This document shows positions 1-10,009 of a stretch of 64,000 bases of DNA, piece after piece. The DNA comes from Squalus acanthias (lineage: Eukaryota): NCBI GenBank assembly GCA_030390025.1, contig CM059425.1:174904001-174968000 (forward strand), in the 5' to 3' direction. Numbering within the stretch: position 1 is the first letter of the stretch; each line of letters opens with the position of its first letter. The notes beneath the pieces were generated by a model. It was not told the DNA's origin. It made no database searches and saw only the letters and a list, made by a program, of their open reading frames with translations. The position numbers and the translations under genes are program-made.

Positions 1-497
1 CCAGAATTGGAGGAGCGCAGATATCTCGGCGGGTTGTAGGACTGGAAGAGATTACAGAGGTAAGGAGGGGCGAAGCCATGGAGGGATTTGAAAACAAGGA
101 TGAGAATTTTTAAATCGAGGCGTTGCTTAACCGGGTGTCTATGTAGGTCAGCGAGCACAGGGGTGATGGGTGAACGGGATTTGGTGCGAGTTTGGAGACG
201 GGCAGTAGAGTTTTGGATGGCCTCATGTTTGCGGAGAGTAGAACATGGGAGGCCAGCCAGGAGTACGTTCGAATAGTCAAGTCGAGAAGTAACAAAGGCA
301 TGGATGAGTGTTTCAACAGCAGATGAGCTGAGGCAGGGGCGGAGTCGGGCAATGTTAGGTAGGTGGAAATAGGTGCGGATATGTGGTCGGAAGCTCAGTT
401 CGGGGTCATATATGACACCAAGGTTGCGAACAGTCTGGTTCAGCCTCAGACAGTTGCCAGAGGGCGGAATGGAGTTTGTGGCGGGGACCGTAGACAA
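1..497 (-). mobile_element. L2-clade LINE fragment (RT C-terminal region), running off the window start
   Basis: Similar to the long L2 at about 15070-15590; minus-strand peptides like ARVL..TKS.SPITPVLADL.WLPVKQRLDFKILIL. Confidence 0.85.
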
Positions 498-926
498 TGG
501 GAGGGGAGGGTGCAGTTTACATAGGAAAAGAAGAGGGTAGAGTGCATGACATGAGGAGAAGTGAGACAGAATGCATGACAAGAGGAAACGGGACAATATA
601 TGGCATGGTAAGGGAGGATGACAGAATACGATGTAACAGGAGGGGGCAGAATGCATGGCAAGTGGAAGAATTCATAAGGGGAAGAGGCATGACGTGTGGC
701 ATGGGGAAAATGAATTAATGGAGGGAAGTGGATGGCAGTGAAGGGGAGATTTAAAAGAACAAAGGGGAAAATCGGTGGCAATGATCAGGGCAATGGAAGG
801 AAGGAGCTAATAGTTGGTAATGAAAGCGAGAGGGAATGCCTAAAAGGTTGAAGCAGTGTTTTGGACAGGAAATGGAGACCGCCAGCATTAACTGAGAGGG
901 AATGGGTATAGAGAGTGCCACCATGA

Positions 927-1148
927 TATCTTGGCGGGTTGTAGGACTGGAAGAGATTACAGAGGTAGGGAGGGCAAAACCATGGAGGGATTTGAAAACA
1001 AGGATGAGAATTTTAAAATTGAAACGTTGCTTAACTGGGTGTCAATGTAGGTCAGCGGGCACAGGGGTGATGGGTGAACAGGATTTGGTGCGAGTTAGGA
1101 CACGGGCAGCAGAGTTTTGGATGGCCGCAAGTTTACGGAGGGTAGAAC
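927..1148 (-). mobile_element. Internal L2 fragment flanked by a 25-bp direct repeat
   Basis: Near copy of about 21-250; flanks atgggtat(a/c)gagagtgccaccatga at 902-926 and 1149-1173. Confidence 0.8.
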
Positions 1149-1299
1149 ATGGGTATCGAGAGTGCCACCATGAACTCTGGCGGGGTGGGTGGGTGAGGGG
1201 GCAAAGAGAGCCAGTATGAGGGAAGAGTACCACCACCTTAAATAGCAGAGAGTAGAAGGGGGTTTAGTGTGGAGCGGCGGAAGAGGAATGAAAGACAGA

Positions 1300-1463
1300 A
1301 AATAACTTCAATTTATATAGCACCTTTCACGTTCTCTGGATGTCCCAAAGTACCCATCAGCCAATGAAATACGTTTGAAGTATCTTCAACTGTTTTGTAG
1401 GCAAATGAGGCAACGATTTTCTTAACCACGTTGCCCCACAAACAGCAATGAAAAGAATGACCA
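1300..1463 (-). mobile_element. SINE 3' fragment (SacSINE1/Deu-type)
   Basis: atttatatagcacctttc...cagccaatgaa...cccacaaacagcaatg...atgaccag, same blocks as the SINE at 37645-38062. Confidence 0.7.
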
Positions 1464-2444
1464 GTTGACCGCTGCTGGTGCTACATCCACTTCAGGTTCC
1501 TCCTCCTCCTCGTGTTCATTCTGCTGCTCCTCCTCCTCCTCCTCATCTTCCGAAGAGGCCCTGCGCCTTGCTTCTCCTGCAGCTCGAATCCTCGCTGCTG
1601 TGCTTTGTTGTGCAGAGCACAGCATACTACGATCATTCTGGGGACCCTGGCTGGTGCGTATTGAAGGGCAGCTCCAGATCTGTCCAGGCATCTGAAGCGC
1701 ATCTTTAGCATCTCGATTGCTTGCTCTATTACACATCTCGTCATTTGGCATTGATTGTAGCACTCTTCGGCCTTGTTGCTTGGCCTCCTCAAGGGTGTCA
1801 TCAGCCACGTCGTCAGTGGATGCCCCTTGTCTCTAAGCTGCCAGCCAGTAAGTCTGGTCAGAGGTGCGAAGAGCTGAGGGAGGGTGGACTGGCGCAGAAC
1901 AATTGAATCATGACAGCTCCCAGGGAATCTGGCACAGTTGTACATCTTTTTGTGGTTGCAGATGAGCTGTACATTGATGGAGTGGAAGCCCTTCTGGTTC
2001 ACGAACACTCCTGGGTGATCTGGGGGTGCCTCGATGGGCACATGTGTGCAGTTGATGATGCCCTGTACCTGTGGGAAGCCAGCCAGAGCCGCAAAGCTGA
2101 GTGCCCACTCAGTTTAACTGGCTTCATCGGTGGCAAAGTGTACATAAGTGCCTGACTTGTCAAACATGGCATCAGTCACGTGGGTGATGCATTTGTGGGC
2201 GGCCGACTGTGAGTTCCTGCAAATGTTTCCTGCGGATCCCTGGAAGGAGCCTGAGGTGAAGATGTTGAGGGCGCTGGTGACTTTGACAGCCACTGGTAGC
2301 ACGTGTCCACCAGGTCCACTTGGCAGCAGGTCTTCTTCCAGCAGGATACACATGTTTGCCACAACCAGACGCGATAGCCTGAGCCTCCTGAGGAACTGGT
2401 GTTCAGTCATGTCCAGGTAGCTGATCCTCTGCCTATATACCCTG

Positions 2445-2658
2445 ATGTGGAGATGCCGGTGTTGGACTGGGGTGGACAAATGTGAGAAGTCGCACAACAC
2501 CAGGTTATAGTCCAACAGCTTTATTTGAAATCTCAAACTTTCGGAGCGCTGCTCCTTCGTCAGGTGACTTCACCTGACGAAGGAGCAGCGCTCCGAAAGC
2601 TTGTGATTTCAAATAAAGCTGTTGGACTATAACCTGGTGTTGTGCGACTTCTCATATT
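2445..2658 (-). mobile_element. Short fold-back (Penelope-3'-end-type) insertion, copy 1
   Basis: Inverted repeat 2483-2654 centred at 2568/2569 plus an unpaired tail on the left; TSD tatat(a/g)ccctg at 2434-2444 and 2659-2669. Confidence 0.85.
2570..2606 (+). ncRNA. Minimal hammerhead ribozyme motif
   Basis: tcac-CTGACGA-a-ggagc(agc)gctcc-GAAAG-CTT-gtga: stem I tcac/gtga, core boxes, 5-bp stem II, palindromic loopless stem III. Confidence 0.75.
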
Positions 2659-2876
2659 TATATGCCCTGTGTTGTGGTATCGCCTCCTGCGAGGTGCACC
2701 CCTGTGCTCATCCCCTCTCCTCATCCCCTCTCTCTTCTGGAGCAGCAGGTCGGTGAGGAGAAAGCTGCTGCTGCTCCTAATGGTGTCGTTGGTGTTGTTG
2801 CTGCTGGGGCTCATCTTGGTCCTCATCTGAGGTCCACAGTGAAACAACATAAGCAGCACCCATGCTGATCTGATAT

Positions 2877-3097
2877 ATGAGAAGTCGCACAACACCAGGT
2901 TATAGTCCAACAGATTTATTTAATTTTACAAGCTTTCGGAGCAGTTCGCTCCTTCGTCAGGTAAGTAAACTTACCTGACGAAGGAGCGAACTGCTCCGAA
3001 AGCTTGTAAAATTAAATAAATCTGTTGGACTATAACCTGGTGTTGTGCGACTTCTCATTTTTGTCCACCCCAGTCCAACGCCGGCATCTCCACATCA
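2877..3097 (+). mobile_element. Short fold-back (Penelope-3'-end-type) insertion, copy 2
   Basis: Perfect inverted repeat 2877-3058 (90-bp arms, 2-nt loop) plus a tail to 3097; TSD tgatctgatatatga at 2866-2880 and 3098-3112, partly overlapping the element end. Confidence 0.88.
2971..3009 (+). ncRNA. Minimal hammerhead ribozyme motif (identical mirror copy on - strand at 2926-2964)
   Basis: ttac-CTGACGA-a-ggagc(gaact)gctcc-GAAAG-CTT-gtaa; stem I covaries relative to copy 1. Confidence 0.78.
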
Positions 3098-4149
3098 TGA
3101 TCTGATATATGACAGAGGTAAAGTCGAGATCAGACGCATAATCCTCCATTGCAGTGAGAGTGACTTCCAAAATTGTAGAAATCACCTGCAAACTCCTGAA
3201 AGCAAACTCACAGCACAAATGGTGTTAGCAAGAGCCTTTCCCTTATGCAAGGAAGCAGGTGTGAGAATTTGTGATTTTTTTTTTTTTAAACTGTTGTTTG
3301 TTCAGCTCCCGCAATTGCTGCTGTGCTCTCGCCTTACTTTCACTGGCGTGGTTCAGCAAGCCCGGGAATCCCATGGACAGCCAGTAAAAGCTGCAACATC
3401 AGATAAAAAAGGCTGTTAATAGCCTCTTAACAAGCTCTAAACTGCTTTAATTAGGTCACCTGCCTCTCCCAAGCAGGTCTCTGGCACGCTGACTAACGCG
3501 CCCAAGTTAAAGGCGGAAGCTGGCAGGTTGAAGCCAGCTTCCCAACGTACTGTCAATTTCAGCGCTTTTAACTGCCCACCCGTTCACAAACCCGTACATA
3601 GTAAAAATTCAGCCCAGTGGTCTAGAAGGCCTCCTGGCCCTGTCTCCTCCTATTGACCCCCTGCACCAAGGCCTCCAGTGTTGCATCGGAAAACCGAGAT
3701 GCCCTTTCTCTGCCCTGTTGAGATATTGTTAACTGCAGCTTCAGTCAGAATGAGGTACTTTTCTCACAAAGCACCTCCTCTTTAAGAAGTGCAGACAGCC
3801 TTTCACTCTGCAGGCAACCTTTAAATAGAGAACAGACTTCCCATGATATTGTTCCCCCTCTTGAGCGCTGAGCCAACCAGCAGCGTTTAGCGCTGGGCTC
3901 AGCACTGCAATCATGTTAATGAGCAGGCAGCACGAATTTCGCATGAAGCCTGCACTACTTTCAATGTGCACGGACAGATCGTGCATCGCGAGCCCTGGCC
4001 CGTTTTCAAGCCTTATCCAATTTTGCCCGTCTACTTTTAAGTTACAAAGTCCATGTAACTTGTTTTCACATGCCACGCCATTCTTGAATTGTCAACTTTC
4101 TTCAAGCGGTGTCCATATTTTGAACCTGTTGCTAGATGCCGTTTTTTTA

Positions 4150-5265
4150 AAAATTCTTTGGAGATGAGCGTCGTTGGGAAGGCCAGCATTTATTGCCCAT
4201 CCCTAGTTGTCCTGAGAAAAAGTTGGTGGGCCACCCTTTTGAATCGCTGCAGTCAGTGTGGTGAAGCTGCTCCCACAATGCTGTTAGGTAGAGAGTGACA
4301 ATGTGCGACTTGGAGGTGATGGTGTTCCCATGCACCTGGCGCTCTTACTGTTGTAGGTGGTGGAAGTTGCAGGTTTGGGAGGTACTGCTGAAAAAGCCTT
4401 GGTGAATTGCTGCAGTGCATCTTACAGATAGTACACACTGCAGCCATGATACATCGGTGGTGGAGCGGCTGGATGTTTAGGCTTGCGGATGAAGTGCTGA
4501 TCAAGTCAGGAGGTGAGCCACTTGCCACAGAATACCCAGCCTCCGATCTGCTGTAGTAACCACGTCATTTACATGGCTAGTCCAGTTGGATTTCTAGTCA
4601 ATGGTGACCCCCAGGGTGTTGATGGTGGGAGACTTGGCAGTGGAAATGCCATTGAATGTCTTGGGGGAGGTAGTTAGCCTCTCTTGTTGGAGATAGTCAT
4701 TGCCTGGCACTTGTATGGTACAAATAGTGCTGATCAGCCCAAGCCTGGATGTTGTCCAGGTCTTGCTGCATGCTGGTATGGACTGCTTCATTATCTGAGG
4801 ATTTGCAAGTGGAGCTGAACACAATCATCAGCAAACCGCTCCACTTCTAACCTCATGGTGTAGGGATGGCTATTGATGAAACAGCTGTAGATAGTTGGGC
4901 CGAGGATGCTACCCGAGGACCTCCTTCAACAATATCATGGGGCTGAAATGATTGGCCTCCAACAACCATAACCATCTTCCTTTGTGCTAGATATCACTCC
5001 AGCCACTGGAGAGTTTTCCCCTGATCCCCATTGACTTCAGTTTTACGAGGGCTCTTTGAAGCCACACTCAGTAGAATGCTGCCTTGATGTCAAGGGCAGT
5101 CACTCTCACCTCACATCTGGAATTGAGGTTTTCTGTCCATGTTTGGACCAAGGCTGTAATGCGGCCTGGAGCAGAATGCTCCTAGTGGAACCCAAACTGA
5201 TCATAATTGGGCAGGTTTTTGGTGAGTAAGTGCCGCTTGATAGAGCTGTTAATGACTCCTTCCAT
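4150..5265 (-). mobile_element. Degraded LINE, second CR1-group family (3' part of ORF2 and 3' UTR)
   Basis: Reverse-complement similarity to 43734-44598 (AAVCTI.KMHCSNSPRL..QYLPN; SPTIN.LGVTID). Confidence 0.8.
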
Positions 5266-5457
5266 CGTATGCATTGTTATCTATAGACTTCTTGGATAGT
5301 TTTCTTCTCCAAGTATTTGAATTAATTTTGTACTATGTCATCTTATTTTAAAACTGTCTTGTGGCAGGTTTATAGTTTTCAGAGAAAGCTATCTTAATAC
5401 ATTGTGCAATTTTACAAAATGGCAGACATAAAACTATATATTAATTTTATTTTTCAG

Positions 5458-5659
5458 AACTGAACTTAGAGTGTGCAAATTCACCTGCAGTAAAATTAAG
5501 GCCAAAGATGTCACTGCATTCATATGGAAGTCGAGAAGGATCAGTGTCTGGTCGGTCAGGGGAGTGTAGCCCAGTTCCAATGGGTTCAATTCCAAGAAGA
5601 GGATTGGTCAATGGAAGTAAAGAAAGCACTGGCTACTTGGAAGAGCTAGAAAAAGAGAG
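5458..5659 (+). CDS. APC: APC coding exon (202 bp; equivalent to human c.221-422)
   Basis: ttttcag acceptor, AG|gtacat donor; translates (E)LNLECANSPAVKLRPKMSLHSYGSREGSVSGRSGECSPVPMGSIPRRGLVNGSKESTGYLEELEKE(R), matching the recalled APC N-terminal region in length and phase. Confidence 0.97.
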
Positions 5660-6049
5660 GTACATTTTAGTTTATATTGTTCCTGGTATATTATAAGAAA
5701 ATTAGGTTTGTCTTTAATCCATGGACCAACAGCAGTTCCTGAAAAAGTTGTCTCTCTGGTTCAGCCATGTCTTTAACTCACACAGTGTGATGCTAAAACA
5801 AATGCTAATATATCTATATCACAGTATTATAGCAATTCAGTTATCAGGTGTAGGTTTATTAATTATCTGCAATATAGTAAAAGTCTTAGGACTGTGCATA
5901 CTTACTGTCTGGAAAATCTTACTGTCGTCCGTTTTTTTTCATTATAAATTTCTATGTTCACATTTAGAATGAAGCTGCCAATGTAAACCTATCGAGCTGT
6001 AATTTCACTCTCTAGTTAGTGGTGGTGCTGTAGCACCTCCGGTTTTTGT

Positions 6050-7900
6050 TATATTCATTCTCGTGATGGGGATGTCGCTGGCAAGGTGGGCATTTATTGC
6101 CCATCCATAGTTGTCTGGAGAAGGGAATGGTGGGCCTTCTTTTTGAACCACTGTTGTCTCTGGTGAAGGGACTCCCATAATGCTGTTGGGTAGGGAGTTC
6201 CAGGCTTTTGACCCAGCGACGATGAAGGAATGGCAATATATGTCCAAGTCAGCATGTTATGTACACAGGTGGTGGAAGGGGTGGATATTTGCCTAGTGGA
6301 TGGGGTGCCGATCAAACGGATTGCTTTATCCTGGATAGCGTCAAGCTCCTTGAGTGTTGTTGCAGCAGCACCCATCCTAGCAAATAGACAGTGTTCCATT
6401 TATACCTTGTTGGTGGTGGAGAGGCTTTGCCGGAGGTGGGGGGTGGGGGAAGGGGTCAGGAGTTGAGCCATGCAACAAAATTACCAGCCTCTGTTCTGGC
6501 CTATTATGTGGATGGTTCAGTTGAGTTTCTGCTCAATAGTGACCTCCCAGACTGTTGATGCTGGGTGACTCGGTAATGGTGATGTCATTGAATGTGCTGA
6601 TGAGATGGTTAGGCTTCTGCTTGTTGGATATGGTCATTGCCTGGCACTTGTGTGGCATGAATGATCAGCCATGATCTCATTAAATGGCGGAGCATGCTCG
6701 AGGGGCCGAATGGCCTACTCCTGCTCCTATCTTCTATCTATGCTATGCTTGTCGCTTATCAGCTCAAGCCTACATGTTGTCCGGGTCTAGCTGCATGCGG
6801 GCATGGACTGCTTCATTAACTGAGGTATTGCGAATGGAGCTGAACACTGAATCAACAGTGTATAACCCCACTTCTCACTTTATGATGTAGGGAAGTTAAT
6901 TAATGAAGCAGCTGAAGAAACTTCGGCCGAGGATGCTGCCTTGAAGTCTTGCAGCAATGTCCTCGGGCTGAGATGATTGGCTTCCAACAGCCACAACCAT
7001 CTTACCTTATGCCAAATATGACTCCATCACTGGAGAATTTTCCCCTTGATCCCCATTGACCAGTTTTATTAAGGACTCCTTTGTAACACACTTAGTCGAA
7101 TGTTGCCTTGATATCAAGGGCAGTCACTCTCCCCTCACTCCTGGAATTTAGCTCTTGTGCCTATATTTGGACCAAGGCTCTAATGAGATCTGGAGCCGAG
7201 TGACCCTGGCATAACCCAAGTTGAGCATTGGTGAATAAGTGTCATTTGATCGCACTGTTGCCGACTCCTTCCAGTACTTTGCTGATTTGCTGACGATTGG
7301 GAGTAAGTTGGTAGTGTGGTAGTTGGCTGGATTGGATTTGTCCTGGTTTTTGTGGACAGGACATATCTGGGAAATTTTCCATTGTGTTGTTGCTGTACTG
7401 GAACACTTTAGTTTGGTGGACGGGTAGTTCTTGAGCACAGGTCTTCAGCACTGTAGCTAGGATGTTGTCGGGGCCTGAAGCCTTTGCCGTGTCCAGTCCA
7501 CTCAGCCATTTCTTCATATCACGTCAGAGTGATTGGAATTGGCTGAAGACTGGCATCTATGATGATGTGGACCGCAGGATGAAGCCGAGAAGGATCATAC
7601 ATTTGGCACTTCTGTCTGAAGATGAATGCAAATGTTTCAGCCTTGTCTTTTGCACTTACATGCTGGGCTCTGGCATCGTTGAGGATGGGGATGTTCATGG
7701 TGCCTCCTCCTCCTGTTAGTTGCTTAATTTCCACTACTATTCACGATTTGATGTGGTCGGACTGCAGAGCTTTGATCTGATCCATTGGTCGTGGGATTGC
7801 TTAAATCTGCCTGTAGCAAGTTGCTTTCGCTGTTTCGCATACACGTAGTCCTGTGTTGCAGCTTCACCAGGTTCATTTTTAGGTACAACTGGTGTTGCAT
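6050..7900 (-). mobile_element. Degraded LINE, second CR1-group family, with a short CR1 3' tail inserted at about 6662-6745
   Basis: Peptides TTLKELDAIQDKAIRLIG, LDTAKASGPDNI.A.VLKTCA.EL, PVHKNQDKSNPANY. Confidence 0.82.
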
Positions 7901-8382
7901 GTGTTTAACCACTTCTTTGTGTCTCTCAGTTCCCCAGCCTGCACTACGAAGAAACATCAACGCTCCAGCCACTTTTGCTTCTCTGCTTACCAAATTGTCA
8001 GAACTTTTGCTATTTAACTATAAAGAATTATATAAAAATAAGGACATAATTATGTCTGCACACCTGAAGACTATACTTGGTCTTCACTCCTATGTACAAG
8101 ACCATGGAAGATTGATGAGCATATTCCAAAAATAAACTCTCCCCATCTTAACACCATCACTGTTCACCCCCATCTTCTTTGCCTTAGTTTTATTTTTTTT
8201 CCAAGTAATATAACCTTCTATTGCTTTCTATATACTTTTTTAAAAAGAAAAACAATTAAAATGCATTTATTTTTCAGACCCTAGCATCCATTTTAGAAGC
8301 GGAATTAACTCTATAGCAAACAGTCGCTGGCTAATAACTACCCCCAACAGCTAGTTTTTCCAAGTTGAGTGCTAGAATTATA

Positions 8383-9144
8383 GGCCCATATTTTCCGATC
8401 GCAGGCCTCCCGCGGGCGGAGGCCTGCGATCTGGAAAAATCTACGCCCTTACCTGAGGGCTCCCGGGACGCACATGCTTCCGCTCCTGGGCCTCTCCAAA
8501 CTTGAAGTGCGCAGGGCCCGCGTATCCCAGAGGCGCATGTAGTTCGCAGCGTCCCTGGGATCACGTGGGCCATGGGGAGCCAATCACAGAAGGGAATCTC
8601 CCTTCATACACTTGACAGGAAGACCTGTCAAATATATGAATGGAGATCATCCCAAAAACAGAGTAAAACTTTCAATAAATTTTTTTTTTTAAATCACATT
8701 TTTAAAATGACTTGAAATTACAATAAATTAAGTATTTTAAACAAAAATTTAATGTTTTGAAAAAAATAATTAAAGTTTTTTACGGGGCTAAAAATAAAAT
8801 TACCTTTTTTTTAAAAAGTATTTTTAAATGATAAATCAGTGGGAAAAAAAAAAATTTTGTTTACTTTTCTGAACTCTTATCCTGGTAAAAGCAGGCCTTA
8901 CGCCTGCTTTTACCAGACATAAGAATTGAAAGGGTTTTCTGCGGGCAGAGGGTCTCCAAAAAGCAGAACTATCCGCCCGCAGAGGCCCTTCAGGGCAGGC
9001 ATCCGATCTGTCAAGACCATTCTTGACATCGGAAATGCCAGTTTTCAGCGCATGCGCTGTGCATGCCTGAAACCGGCATTTCCGATGTCGCTACGGGTGG
9101 GTACACAGCTCGTACACACCCGTAGGGATCAGAATATCTGGGCC
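8383..9144 (+). mobile_element. PIF/Harbinger-type MITE (about 760 bp)
   Basis: Imperfect TIRs ggcccatattttccgatc / gatcagaatatctgggcc, AT-rich centre; inverted near-copy at 52166-52868; flanks ata/att. Confidence 0.85.
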
Positions 9145-10009
9145 ATTAAGATTAAGCTGGTCACGTGACTGTCATTTTTTGTTCAAATTTCTTGTCTGGC
9201 ACTAGCAGCGTCATTGCGTTTGTTGAAGTATCAGCCACAGCATAGGAAGGGTTCATTTGAATATCGGCTGCAGTTTTTGTTAAGTTGTACTGTGTGTGTA
9301 ATTGTCAGTTTTTCCTCACCAATTTTCTCCACTACTTGCTTTTCGCAAAATGCCTTTACTCCTTGTTCAGCTGCAGTCCTACTAGTGATGGCCAGCTTAT
9401 CCAAGTGACCATCATTCATGTGTGAGCCTTGACGATGAGTGTCATCGGGCTTTTGAACTGTTGGACTATCACAGCCACAGCCAAACCCAATCCCTTTTGC
9501 ATTCAATGTCCACGTTTATGTACTTTTACTAAGGTGGATAATAAGGAGTGGGAAACCTGGGTGATTTGCCCCTTTCTAATTATGACACTGAGGCCAATTG
9601 CAGAACCAATGCATCCACCCTGCATAAGATTGGTTATCTCAACACAGCAAAGGTTCAATCTGGCACCCTCCTTATCTGGAACTAATATAGTAGCTCCATA
9701 TTGAGGTTCTTGGCACAGACTTTCTAATCCTTTACCATCCTGATGCTGAGCCACTGTTTTTGCTTTCTTTGGTTTGTCTCCAGTTCTTAATGCAGCAACA
9801 GTAGCCTTTCTACTTGTAGTTCAGAGGCTTTCCAACAAAAGTTTATTTTTCTGTTGTGCAGTCCAGCATTTTGCTTGGTGGCTGGCTTTTCCCAACACTA
9901 TGGGGAGCGAGAGATATTTCCTCCAGTTGCTGTTGGAAGTGCTTTTCTGTGGCACGGAGAACTTTTGGCTAGATAACGTTCCAGACGACACCATCACCAG
10001 GCAGTTCAT

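Larger units (their letters stand above)
1465..3615 (-). mobile_element. Decayed PIF/Harbinger DNA transposon with HARBI1-like DDE transposase pseudo-ORF
   Basis: Frameshifted peptides [89 protein letters not shown] and an acidic tail; TIR-like end gtaaaaattcagccc at 3601-3615; other end truncated; interrupted by two fold-back insertions. Confidence 0.9.

Noticed and set aside
446..900. Purine-rich ORFs as genes (also 14206-14580 and 18098-18494)
   Set aside because: Low-complexity GA/CT-rich sequence next to L2 elements; no recognisable domain or splice structure
1481..2536. Host HARBI1 gene
   Set aside because: Multiple frameshifts, catalytic-motif D appears as N (IINCTH), interrupted by insertions and bounded by a TIR: a dead transposon
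2445..3097. CRISPR-like or terminator-like repeat arrangement
   Set aside because: Eukaryotic intron; the units are inverted, have individual TSDs and lack a repeat-spacer period
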